Shown: positions 9,446-18,351 of the stretch, piece after piece | How the letters are laid out: each line of letters opens with the position of its first letter | How positions within the stretch are numbered: the first letter of the stretch is position 1 | Assembly: GCA_015233785.1 (NCBI GenBank) | Contig: JADFWT010000003.1 | Location: 1-63,636, forward strand | Length of the DNA stretch: 63,636 nt | Direction of reading: 5' to 3' | Origin: Magnetococcales bacterium | Lineage (GTDB): Bacteria; Pseudomonadota; Magnetococcia; Magnetococcales; JADFWT01 | The notes under the pieces: model-generated | Database searches by the model: none | What the model was told of the DNA's origin: nothing | Seen by the model: the letters and a program-made list of their open reading frames with translations, nothing else | Position numbers and translations under genes: made by a program

Positions 9446-10000
9446 TCAGCCGCCGCCGCCCTCTTTGATGGCTGCTTTGGTGTTTTTGCGCCGCTCTTCA
9501 AGGGCTGCGCGCTTTTCTGGGTTGGGATAGGCGATGGCGATGCCGTCGTCCCAGAAGTCGTTCTTTGTGACGTTGCCTTCGCCGTCGTAGTAGGAGCCGC
9601 CGCCGTCTTCGCGGCCATCCACAAACTCTTGAACCCGCGCCTTGCGATCACCGGTATGAAACCAAGTGGTTGCACCGTTTAGTCGGCCCCCCAAATATTT
9701 ATCTTCGCGCTTTTCGCCGTTCCACTTGTAGGTGGTCCAGGTGCCCTCTTTGGTGCCGTTTATGTAGGTACCGGTTTTATAGATGCGCTGGGGCTCATCT
9801 TCCTCTTCGCCATCTTCGTTGCGAATCTTTTTGGTGGGGAAGTAGGCGACATAGGGGCCGGTATAGGGGGTGCGGCGGTCGCTCTTCAGGTAGACCTTTC
9901 CATCGCTGCGGGTCTCCATATCTTTGGCGGTGATCTCATTGCAGCCGCTTATCAGCAGCCCCAATATCAGCAGCAATGGAATTTTTTGGCGGATCTTCAC
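9446..10000 (-). CDS. lipoprotein with MORN-variant (YwqK-like) repeats
   Basis: Signal peptide plus lipobox (LLISGC), with repeated G-x-x-x-G-x-W/Y units (NGTKEGTWTTYKWNGEK, GRLNGATTWFHTGD). Confidence 0.65.
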   Translation of the reverse strand: MKIRQKIPLLLILGLLISGCNEITAKDMETRSDGKVYLKSDRRTPYTGPYVAYFPTKKIRNEDGEEEDEPQRIYKTGTYINGTKEGTWTTYKWNGEKREDKYLGGRLNGATTWFHTGDRKARVQEFVDGREDGGGSYYDGEGNVTKNDFWDDGIAIAYPNPEKRAALEERRKNTKAAIKEGGGG

Positions 10001-10167
10001 GGCGCTCTCCTCAGCGTGGCGTGACGCTCAGTCCGGTTGTCCCGGATCGACGAATCTTGAGAATGAAACGTCCCTCCATTAATAAAAATGGAATTTCCCC
10101 TCTATTTAAGCATGTTGTGTGCCATGGGGAAAACAGGAATCACGATCCGGAGGAGGAACAGGCCTGC

Positions 10168-11427
10168 CTAATCATACAGTTCCGGCTGGGGCATAAACCG
10201 TTTTGGATCCACACCCCAGCGGCGGGTGGACTCCTGCTGGATGATGACGTACCCCTCGGAGTTTTGTCGTTTGTCCATCAGGTTGACGGTGGTGGGGCGC
10301 AGCTTGCGGCGCTTGTTGGCGTCGATGATGATGCGCAGCACCGGGTGCAGCAGGCTCTCCCGGCTGGATTCCACCACCACGCCCAGCAGGCCGTTTTTCA
10401 GCCGCACCAAGGTACCGAGAGGGTAGATGCCGACGCATTTGACGAAGCTCTGGTAAAGCTCCACCTTGAAGTGGTGTTTGCTCCACTCCAGCATTTTTTG
10501 CAGGGCGACGTGGGGGATCATGCCTTTGTGGTAGCAGCGGTCGGAGGTGATGGCGTCGTAGACATCGACAATGGCGGACATCTGGCCGAACAGGTCGATA
10601 TCGTCTCCCTTGAGATTGTGGGGGTAGCCGGTGCCGTCAAAGCGTTCGTGGTGTTGAGAGGCCACCTGGATGGCCGCTTCGGAGATGCCTGGTGCCTCGG
10701 TGAGGATCTTGTTGCTGTAGACCACATGGTCACGCATGATCTGGAACTCTTCGTCGGTGAGGCGTCCCGGTTTGTTGAGCACTTCCGGCGGGGTGCGCAT
10801 CTTGCCGATATCGTGCAGCAGCGCGCCGACACCCACATCGATGATGGTCTGCTCATCCATCTCCATGGAGCGGCAGAAGGCCATCAGAAAGACGCCGACA
10901 TTCACCGAGTGCATGAAGGTGTATTCGTCTTTTTGTTTGATCTGGCTGAGGCTGAGCATGGCGTCTTCGTTGCGGAACATGGAGTCCACCATGCCCTCTA
11001 CCACGTCTTTTACCGGCCCCACCGGCACCTGTTTGCCCAGTCGGGCATCTTCCAGCACGTTGCCCACCAGTTGGCGAGCCTGTTTTTTCACCGACGATGC
11101 CTTGGCCAGCTCTTCCGACATGGGTGCTTTTTTGTCAGCAAAGCGAGCGGGGGCTGCCTGTTGCACCGCCTCCCCTTCGCCCAGCTCCATCATCTGCGCG
11201 GCCAGCTCGGCTTGCACCTCATCTTCGGTGGGTGCGTCGGCCGCGTCGCTGCCCTTCTGCGTATCGATATAAACTTCTTTGACGCCATGCTTGCGTATGG
11301 ACTGGACATCAAGTTCTTTGTTGATCATTCCACTTTGTGGAATCGGCAGGTCATCGTTCCAGGCGCTGTCGGCATTGTGAAGAAACATGCCCGGCTGGAG
11401 TTGATCAATAGTGATCTTCTTGATCAT
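10168..11427 (-). CDS. HD-GYP domain c-di-GMP phosphodiesterase (DUF3391 N-terminal domain)
   Basis: ORF 10168..11463 trimmed to the ATG at 11427 (MIKKITIDQLQPGMFLH, typical of DUF3391). It carries HSVNV..LLHDIGK..HHERFDGTGYP motifs. Confidence 0.9.
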   Translation of the reverse strand: MIKKITIDQLQPGMFLHNADSAWNDDLPIPQSGMINKELDVQSIRKHGVKEVYIDTQKGSDAADAPTEDEVQAELAAQMMELGEGEAVQQAAPARFADKKAPMSEELAKASSVKKQARQLVGNVLEDARLGKQVPVGPVKDVVEGMVDSMFRNEDAMLSLSQIKQKDEYTFMHSVNVGVFLMAFCRSMEMDEQTIIDVGVGALLHDIGKMRTPPEVLNKPGRLTDEEFQIMRDHVVYSNKILTEAPGISEAAIQVASQHHERFDGTGYPHNLKGDDIDLFGQMSAIVDVYDAITSDRCYHKGMIPHVALQKMLEWSKHHFKVELYQSFVKCVGIYPLGTLVRLKNGLLGVVVESSRESLLHPVLRIIIDANKRRKLRPTTVNLMDKRQNSEGYVIIQQESTRRWGVDPKRFMPQPELYD

Positions 11428-11624
11428 AAGGTGTTCCTGAACTCTTCTAGATGATACGCCCAAGAGCCAATCCCTCCGTAGGAATCATCCACGGAATTTT
11501 GAGAAAAAATGGATTAGGCTCCTTATAGATGTAAGCTACCTTCATTGATGTGATAGGATCAACCGGTTATTTGGAATTCGACCGTATTGTCCAGATGGTC
11601 GGGCCGGACAAAGGGAGGTTGATG

Positions 11625-12308
11625 ATGGCGGGACAGAACAGAGCCAATTTGCTGAAGCGGTTGACGCAGCCCAGAAAAAAGCGCGTTCAGCCCCATCAGG
11701 AGTTTCAGATTGAGACCCTGATTAATGCGGCGGGGCGTCTTGATTATGATGCGCTTTCGGCCGGGGCGCGGGCGTATGGTCAGGCGATGTTTGCCCAGGC
11801 CATCAGTCGGCCGGTACTGGCCGGATCGGCGTTTTACAGCGGCGGCCTGGAGACCCAACCTGGGGCCAAGATGACCAAGCTGTTTAAAATGCGTCGTTCC
11901 AGCGTGCGTGAGGATCTCACCTCCAGCAAAAATCTTGATCAGGCCATCTATCCGCTCATCAAGCGCAAGTATGCCAGCACGGCACCACGTCTATTTCGGG
12001 TGGGGCGCACTGGCGAGAACGACATGGTGATGCCGGATTACACCATTTCTCGGCACCATGCCGAGATTCAGATTGTTGATGATGGCTATGTTCTTCGGGA
12101 TTGCGGGGCCACCAATGGGGTGTTTCTCAACGGTGTACGGCTCAAGCCCAAAGAGGAGCACCACATCAAGGAGCGCGACGAGATCACCTTTGCCCGCTAC
12201 CAGTTTACCTTTGTCTTTCCGAACCTGCTCTTTGCCCGCCTGTTGGGGCTGGATGAAGAGGAGGGGGCGGACACCGTTAAAGCGCCCACGGCTGTGAAGG
12301 AGGGGTAA
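11625..12308 (+). CDS. FHA domain-containing protein
   Basis: The C-terminal FHA core is FRVGRTGENDMVMPDYTISRHHAEI...NGVFLNG. AAGGGAGG at 11611-11618 favours ATG 11622 or 11625 over the GTG at 11550 used by the ORF track. Confidence 0.8.
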   Translation: MAGQNRANLLKRLTQPRKKRVQPHQEFQIETLINAAGRLDYDALSAGARAYGQAMFAQAISRPVLAGSAFYSGGLETQPGAKMTKLFKMRRSSVREDLTSSKNLDQAIYPLIKRKYASTAPRLFRVGRTGENDMVMPDYTISRHHAEIQIVDDGYVLRDCGATNGVFLNGVRLKPKEEHHIKERDEITFARYQFTFVFPNLLFARLLGLDEEEGADTVKAPTAVKEG

Positions 12309-12322
12309 CCCCCCCCCTTTGA

Positions 12323-13411
12323 TCACCAGGGCGGCACTACGCCATCGTCGTCGTCGGAGAAGCCGGGCATCATGTCGCTCTGTTTCTCCTGCAGGCCGAT
12401 CTTGGTTTTGCCCAGATACTCCTGAATTTGATCCACCCGTCCTGAGACCTCCGCCAGGGCGAAGCAGATGAAGTGCAGGGAGAACCCGCGCCACAGGGAA
12501 TGATAGCGAGTGTTGCGATCCAGCAGGTGGTTTTTTCCCAGGGCGAAGGCTGATTTTCGGCGGCGCTCGATCTCTTCTTCCAGGGTGTTGATGGTCTCCA
12601 CATCCAGATAGGCGAGATTTTCGATGAGCTGATCGACGAAGGTTTCGTTGTAGATCACCTTGGCGTCGGCCACGTCGGCCAGTTTGGCGTCCATCTCATC
12701 GATAAACGCGTTGTCGCGGATCAGATCGGCCAGATTGATGGTATCGATGGAGCTGTCGGGTTTTTTCGGCTTCATATCCTCCTGAAGCGGCCGCACAAAC
12801 TGCTTGACCTCGCTGAACTCCTGATCCGCCAGCTCCAGCAGGCCCGCCACCCGTGAGATATTGCGCCGCCGCTCCCGAGGGAACCCCTCGCGGCTTTTGT
12901 AGCCCAGTTGGGTTTCGATTTCGGCCCAGGCGTGTTGCAGCAGTGAGCGTACCTGAATCTCCGCCTTGCACCCTTTAAAGCGCTTGTACTCAATCAGCTC
13001 CAGCCGGTTATCCAGCAGCGAGGCGATGTAGTGTCGGGAGGTGTAGCCAAAGCGATCCGGGTCCAGAGTCTCCCCTTTGTCGAGAATGTGGGACTCATTG
13101 ATTTTGAACTCGCGCCCGATGATTTCGGCGATCTGCTCCACCTCATCTTCAAAATAGGTGACGATACGGATACCGACGATATCGGTAATCTCTTCGAGCT
13201 TTTTGTAGGTTTTATCTGCCGTCAAGAGCTTGTTGCGCAGGCTTTCCCGCTCCTTGACCCGTCCGCTGATGCTAAAGACGTTGGGGCCGTTCTCCTTGAT
13301 GAACTCCTGGAGCAGTGTTACCTGGCGGTTCATGAAATCCTGATAGAGCTTCTGTCTTTCATCATATTTTTCAATAATATGATCGACAGGGATATCGTCA
13401 ACGGTGGTCAT
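12323..13411 (-). CDS. RelA/SpoT-domain protein: stand-alone (p)ppGpp-synthetase-like nucleotidyltransferase with ~170-aa C-terminal extension
   Basis: The synthetase core is DIVGIRIVTYF...DRFGYTSRHY...KAEIQVRSLLQHAWAEIE. No HD hydrolase, TGS or ACT regions are present. ATG 13411 has GGAG 5 nt upstream and is preferred to 13441. Confidence 0.85.
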   Translation of the reverse strand: MTTVDDIPVDHIIEKYDERQKLYQDFMNRQVTLLQEFIKENGPNVFSISGRVKERESLRNKLLTADKTYKKLEEITDIVGIRIVTYFEDEVEQIAEIIGREFKINESHILDKGETLDPDRFGYTSRHYIASLLDNRLELIEYKRFKGCKAEIQVRSLLQHAWAEIETQLGYKSREGFPRERRRNISRVAGLLELADQEFSEVKQFVRPLQEDMKPKKPDSSIDTINLADLIRDNAFIDEMDAKLADVADAKVIYNETFVDQLIENLAYLDVETINTLEEEIERRRKSAFALGKNHLLDRNTRYHSLWRGFSLHFICFALAEVSGRVDQIQEYLGKTKIGLQEKQSDMMPGFSDDDDGVVPPW

Positions 13412-13553
13412 GATCGCTCCAAATGCGTGGCGGTGTTGCAAGGCGGGCGTTACGGCCTAAGGCTTTGATCGGTTCATCATCCAAAAAAAGCAGCGGGATG
13501 GGAAGTGAAATTCCAGCATGAGTCCCTTGTGGTGTCAGGGAGGGCAGTAGGCC

Positions 13554-13579
13554 GGAGACGGCACCGTCTCCTGGTTTTC
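13554..13579 (+). terminator. terminator-like hairpin on the + strand in the leader region of the RelA/SpoT-type gene
   Basis: GGAGACG-GCAC-CGTCTCC followed by TGGTTTTCG. The orientation is opposite to all surrounding genes. Confidence 0.35.
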
Positions 13580-13683
13580 GATAGGCCATCGATCAGGATG
13601 TCTGGCGATTCGTCTGGTGAGGCCAGGCTTTGACGAACGCTTCGAAGGCATTTGGGGGGTAACGGGCGGCTGTAGTGAAGACT

Positions 13684-14034
13684 TCATTCTACGCAGTATA
13701 TGATATTTCGACCGATCCAGAAATCACAGGGGGATGGTGTTCGAGGGCGATTGCGCAGTATCAGGCGGATACCGATGTTATCAGGTTCACGCAAGAGATA
13801 GAAATAATACCCACCATCGTCACGCTGATGGACAGGGACAGACGGCTTGGGTGTTGTTGTTAAGGCGGTTCGCATATATGCCAGAGCTGTGGCTCGATCC
13901 GCTCTATTTATGTGGCGGCATTTTGCTTTCATAATAAGAGAAAACTGCTTTAAAAATGAGTGTGCTTTAAGTCCGCCTCTTGACTGAATGGACACTACTC
14001 CTTCAATGCAATTATTTGAATTTGGATTGGTCAT
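13684..14034 (-). CDS. hypothetical protein (116 aa), orphan
   Basis: ORF 13684..14115 trimmed to the ATG at 14034, which has AAGGGAG 9 nt upstream. The region is AT-richer than its flanks. I recognise no motif. Confidence 0.5.
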   Translation of the reverse strand: MTNPNSNNCIEGVVSIQSRGGLKAHSFLKQFSLIMKAKCRHINRADRATALAYMRTALTTTPKPSVPVHQRDDGGYYFYLLREPDNIGIRLILRNRPRTPSPCDFWIGRNIIYCVE

Positions 14035-14153
14035 TATGGTTATCTCCCTTGACACAACAAAACCTTGTATCAAGTTTTCGAATAGATGCCATGGCTGATT
14101 ACCAGGTGCAGCCATGGCACAGACAGTTCGTCATGTGATGATTGATTTTGGGG

Positions 14154-14942
14154 TTAAGACCCCAGGCCTGCCTCTTCCCAGCTTGAAAATCCGCTATGTT
14201 CAGGTCGGAGGTCTTTGTCCTCGACTTGTAGATAGGCTTCGCTAACGTCGTCAAAACACTTATTGACACTTTTGCAATAAACAGCGTCAAAAGCGCGCAG
14301 TGCATCATCAGTCGTTTCTTTGATTGTCTCTTGGGCTGTGGTGTCAGCTTTTTGGACAAGCCACTTGGTGGCCGAAATAAGGCTTTCACAGTCAGCGCGT
14401 TTTTCCCTGAGTTTAGCTTGTAGTTCCCCAAGCTTGGTGAGGGTCTCGCGCAACTCCTTGGGATCGCTTCTTTCCACAGCCAATGCAATTTCTGTCGCAA
14501 GGCCTCGTGCCATTTCGATGAATGAATTTTTTGTCAAACGGAAGATCACGTGATAAAGCTCTGCAATTTGGTGAGCTTCGTCATTATCAACCTGACATGC
14601 ATCAACCTCATCTACAGAATCCAATAAACGCAGATATTTGATGCGTTCCTGATCGGATAAATCCAATCTCTTGCTGACTTCTGGTAGCTTGCTGCGACGA
14701 ACCGAAACAATTTGACGAAAGGGAGAGAACACCACGTCCCAGTCTACGAGGCCGCTGTTCTCACGAGCCATGGCATCTTTCATCGCAGATGTGAAGCGGC
14801 TACTCAGCCCCATTACAACGCTCATCATGCCCACAGAGAGGTATTGCTGAGCTGCTGAGCTGAAGCGTGTGATCTGGTCATCCAGAACCGCTTGCAGAAC
14901 GAGCTGCTCCTCAATGTAGTGGGGGCTTGCAATAGTGTTCAT
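14154..14942 (-). CDS. hypothetical protein (262 aa), predicted all-helical, orphan
   Basis: Clean 262-aa ORF with GGAG upstream of the ATG at 14942. A very AT-rich promoter-like region lies at 14943-15370. I recognise no motif. Confidence 0.6.
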   Translation of the reverse strand: MNTIASPHYIEEQLVLQAVLDDQITRFSSAAQQYLSVGMMSVVMGLSSRFTSAMKDAMARENSGLVDWDVVFSPFRQIVSVRRSKLPEVSKRLDLSDQERIKYLRLLDSVDEVDACQVDNDEAHQIAELYHVIFRLTKNSFIEMARGLATEIALAVERSDPKELRETLTKLGELQAKLREKRADCESLISATKWLVQKADTTAQETIKETTDDALRAFDAVYCKSVNKCFDDVSEAYLQVEDKDLRPEHSGFSSWEEAGLGS

Positions 14943-15376
14943 TTCTTGATCATCTCCAAAAAGGATAAGCCTGATGATGAACCCGTCAGGACAGCTGCCT
15001 TGTCAACCGTTGCCCTGTACAGTTATTGACATTGGCTTGTCGAAAAATACTCACACGTATAAATAAAAACAAACATAAAGTAATTCACACGATGAATTGT
15101 GCGATTTCTGAAGGAAAACTATAACTAAAAAAAATCAAAAATCATTTTAATTTGGTAGAGATCAGACTAGCGAGATAACAACATCGTTCGGGGAGAGTAA
15201 CGACTCGTGAATAAAAAGAGCAATACAGGGAAAACCCTAGGTGCTGTTGGTGTTGGCTTGTTTCGGCCCCAAATCCACTCAATGTCAACACGCCCAGTGA
15301 CATCTGTTTTTACATGAATATCAACACATGTTCGGGTGAGGTATGCGATATTAAGTGGAGGGGCCGTTTTCTCTGA

Positions 15377-15964
15377 CTACTTCCGCTTGGTCCCGGTAAT
15401 CAGCACCGGCTCTACGGGGACATCCTGATGGAAGCCTTTGTTGCCGGTGGGGACGGCGGCGATTTTATCCACCACGTCCATCCCTTCCACCACCTTGCCG
15501 AACACCGCATAGCCGAAGTCGCGGTCGCCGTGGTTTAAGAAGCCGTTATCCTTGAGATTGATGAAGAACTGCGAGGTGGCGCTGTCCACCACCTGGGTGC
15601 GGGCCATGGCCAGGGTGCCGCGCTCGTTGGTGAGGCCGTTATCGGCTTCGTTTTTGATGGGGGCTTTGTTCTCTTTTTCGGACATGTCGGCGTTCATGCC
15701 GCCGCACTGCACCATAAAGCCGGGAATCACCCGGTGAAAGATGGTGTCGCCGTAGAAACCTTCATCAATGTAGTCGAGGAAGTTTTTAACGGTGATAGGG
15801 GCTTTGTCCTCATACAGCTCCACCGTGATGTCGCCAAGGGATGTGGAAATGACCACCATGGGGTTCTCTCCCGTTGTTGCGCGGCCTGCGTCGGCAGGGG
15901 CCGCAAAGAGCAGCAGAAGGGCCGGCAGGATCAGCGCTAAAGCGTGCAGTCGTAGAATCTTCAT
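15377..15964 (-). CDS. ppiA: periplasmic cyclophilin-type peptidyl-prolyl cis-trans isomerase
   Basis: ORF trimmed to the ATG at 15964 (AAGGAG upstream), which gives the signal peptide [26 protein letters not shown]. The cyclophilin core is [14 protein letters not shown]...[11 protein letters not shown]...SQFFINL. Confidence 0.9.
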   Translation of the reverse strand: MKILRLHALALILPALLLLFAAPADAGRATTGENPMVVISTSLGDITVELYEDKAPITVKNFLDYIDEGFYGDTIFHRVIPGFMVQCGGMNADMSEKENKAPIKNEADNGLTNERGTLAMARTQVVDSATSQFFINLKDNGFLNHGDRDFGYAVFGKVVEGMDVVDKIAAVPTGNKGFHQDVPVEPVLITGTKRK

Positions 15965-16149
15965 AAGGCGGCGCTCCTTGTGGACCCGGTTGAGTGAGGG
16001 TGCTGGCACCCAAAATCGATTGAACTGAGCCGAGCAGCATACCCGAAAAACCAGCCCTGCTCCACCTGTGGCGGTTCGTGACCCCTTCCGGGTGGCTTGG
16101 GGGGGGTGTAGGATAGGAGGTTGAGTCAATATATTGGGGAATTTCCGTC

Positions 16150-17106
16150 ATGCAACTGGCCATGATCGCTTTGGGCGTCGTCTTTTCCATTCTCGCGCTC
16201 TGGTATTTAATTCAGATGATCGTGCAGCGCATCCGCCCGCCCGGTGAGCCGGATCCTGTGAAGATGGCCGGACATCGCCGTATTCATGCGGTTCCCGGCT
16301 CCTATGATGAGCGCTGCTTTATCGACCCGGAGAGCGGTGGTTTCCGTTTTCCACTCTATCCCGATGATGATCGTTATGCGGTACGTATCACCGATCACAC
16401 CAAGTACGAAGAGGAGTTGGATTGGATCTGTCTCACCCCTGAGGAGCAGTCTCGTTATTCGGTGATCGATTTTGAGCGTGGTTTGGTTTCGCCGGTGATG
16501 CGGGTGGAGGATATTTCCTACTCTTTTGATCGCATGCCGGGGGAGCGACTGGGAGATTTTCCCTTCATGAAGGGGCGTTGGGGGGATCTGGAGAAGTTGT
16601 TGTTTGATCTCTCCGAAGAGGGCGGGTCGGTGCGTCTGGATGGGGTGTTGGTGGAAGGGCTGCACGCGGCGGGACTATTGCAGGAGGTGGCCATTGGCGG
16701 CGATCAGGATCGTCAGACGTTTATCGCTGAGTCGTTGGAGCGTTTGCGGGTACCGGAGCTGAAGAAGTTTTGTGCTGAGGCGGATGTTCCGATTCGGGCC
16801 AAGGGGCGTGCCCTGCGCAAGTCGGAGCTGATTCAGGCGTTGATTGATGACGGCAAAATTTTCAACACCATCGCTCCGCCGGTCTATCTGGAGGCGGCCG
16901 AGGGTCTCAAGCCGTGGGTGGACAGTTGGTACGATGCCTATATTCAGGCGATTCATGAGAGTCTACATCGTTTTCATCCGCTCTATCATGCCTATGTATG
17001 GGAGGCGGCGCTGGAGGAGGTGGATGAAGATTTTCATCCGCGCCTGAAGCAGAAGCTTGAGAAGGTTATAGAGAACAGGCCATGGGAGGAGAAGTTGGAG
17101 TTCTGA
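16150..17106 (+). CDS. membrane-anchored hypothetical protein with SAP/HeH-like motif
   Basis: N-terminal TM helix (MIALGVVFSILALWYLIQMIV). An internal segment LRVPELKKFCAEADVPIRAKGRALRKSELIQALID resembles a SAP/Rho-N helix-extension-helix. Confidence 0.6.
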   Translation: MQLAMIALGVVFSILALWYLIQMIVQRIRPPGEPDPVKMAGHRRIHAVPGSYDERCFIDPESGGFRFPLYPDDDRYAVRITDHTKYEEELDWICLTPEEQSRYSVIDFERGLVSPVMRVEDISYSFDRMPGERLGDFPFMKGRWGDLEKLLFDLSEEGGSVRLDGVLVEGLHAAGLLQEVAIGGDQDRQTFIAESLERLRVPELKKFCAEADVPIRAKGRALRKSELIQALIDDGKIFNTIAPPVYLEAAEGLKPWVDSWYDAYIQAIHESLHRFHPLYHAYVWEAALEEVDEDFHPRLKQKLEKVIENRPWEEKLEF

Positions 17107-17145
17107 GCGGCGCACATGCGCATGGATAGAGTTGGGAGTATAAGT

Positions 17146-17646
17146 ATGTTCAAGTTGTTCTTTTCGCTTCGATATATCAGTCTGGTGGTGGTGGTGTTCT
17201 CCTTTGTCGGGGCGGTGGTGATGTCTCTGAGCGGCGTGATGGAGACGCTGGATGCGGTGAAGAGTATGGCCGGAATGGCCGAGCCGGATGCCGCATTTCC
17301 CGCCGGGATGAGTGGCGGCGAGGTGGCCATGATTCGGCTCATTGAGGCCACGGATCGCTTTCTGTTTGCGCTGGTGTTGATGATTTTTTCCTACGGCACG
17401 TATACGCTGTTTATCCGCCGGGGAGGGGGTCCGGAGGAGGACGAGGAGGTGCCCGGCTGGATGCGTTTCAAGAGTATCGGCGAACTGAAGGTGATCTTGG
17501 CCCAGGTGATCATCGTCATGCTGTATGTCCGCTTTCTGCACGAGATGATGCACGCAGCTGATCTGGATTGGAAGCAACTGGTGATTCCGGCGGCGGTGGT
17601 GATGCTTTCACTGGGGCTGAAGCTGATTCACAGCGACCATAAATAA
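17146..17646 (+). CDS. YqhA/UPF0114 family membrane protein
   Basis: The ATG at 17146 has GGGAG 7 nt upstream. The protein is ~166 aa with 3-4 TM helices, and its layout is similar to YqhA. Confidence 0.6.
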   Translation: MFKLFFSLRYISLVVVVFSFVGAVVMSLSGVMETLDAVKSMAGMAEPDAAFPAGMSGGEVAMIRLIEATDRFLFALVLMIFSYGTYTLFIRRGGGPEEDEEVPGWMRFKSIGELKVILAQVIIVMLYVRFLHEMMHAADLDWKQLVIPAAVVMLSLGLKLIHSDHK

Positions 17647-17673
17647 TCTTGCAATACGCCTGCATGTTCTTGC

Positions 17674-17690
17674 TGGCACGCCAACTGCAT
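17674..17690 (+). promoter_or_regulatory. sigma-54 (-24/-12)-like promoter element
   Basis: TGGCAC-GCCAA-CTGCAT has exact GG-N10-GC spacing. It is intergenic, about 195 nt upstream of the next + strand ORF (17886). Confidence 0.35.
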
Positions 17691-17885
17691 TAAGTATGTA
17701 GCCCTTGATCGTTTTTTAGCGGGAGGGGTTATATATGCTCTAATTTGGCCTGAAAGGGACCGGTAGGGTGCGATAGGGCGGCGTTTTTTGCCGGTTTTGC
17801 ACCGTTCAAGTTTTTCTCCTGTTGGCCGATATGTAGGGTAAGTTCGCAGTACAGAGTTGAACGCAGGGCGCTGGGAGCGGAGCGA

Positions 17886-18143
17886 ATGCAACTGGAAGAG
17901 CAGATTTTTATCGACGGCGGAGTCTGGTTCAAGTCGCAGATTGAGGAGCGGGTTGGCAAGTCGTTGGAGGAGATCCAACTGGACGATGTGGATGACTTTG
18001 GCGATGCGTTTGATGCCGATTTTCTCGATCAGGTCCGGGATCAGTTGATCCGGGTCGGGCGGGCTGCTGATGAGGTGGAGATGACCCGACGGTTGGGGTT
18101 GATGCTCTCTCTGGCGTTTTCCACATGGTTTACGGCGCAGTAG
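17886..18143 (+). CDS. small acidic hypothetical protein (85 aa) with hydrophobic C-terminus
   Basis: GGAG lies 5 nt upstream of the ATG. There is no recognisable family. Coding status is not certain. Confidence 0.35.
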   Translation: MQLEEQIFIDGGVWFKSQIEERVGKSLEEIQLDDVDDFGDAFDADFLDQVRDQLIRVGRAADEVEMTRRLGLMLSLAFSTWFTAQ

Positions 18144-18351
18144 CGGTCTGGGCTTAAGGCGGAGCGAATAGCTATCCCACCGAGAGTTGGTGTGGATGGG
18201 TGCTTCTTGTGATGTGCTGAATGGTGGGTATTGTAAAGGCTGACTTCCGGGTGGAGGTTGGTCTTTTTTTATGGTGGGGGGTGGTGACGTATCGCATCAG
18301 GCGCGGCCTGTGGTAGGTTCGAAAGGTCTACCAGTAATCAAGGAGCCGCGC

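Noticed and set aside
9976-11454. A 492-aa + strand ORF antisense to the HD-GYP gene. Similar long shadow ORFs lie opposite tkt (24223..25668), gdhA (25920..27314), the cytidylyltransferase/radical SAM genes (37599..38756), the HAD-IB gene (18328..19269), the 2-hydroxyacid dehydrogenase (36617..37612) and the carbamoyltransferase (34428..35195).
   Set aside because: Each lies exactly opposite a gene with unmistakable family motifs. Their translations are His/Gly/Val/Leu-rich with no recognisable motifs, as expected for antisense frames of GC-rich genes.
13450-15370. AT-rich islets (13.45-15.37 kb and 30.2-31.5 kb) considered as integrated mobile elements or prophage remnants.
   Set aside because: I could find no integrase, transposase, tRNA attachment site or flanking direct or inverted repeats. 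They are reported only as compositionally atypical orphan-gene patches.
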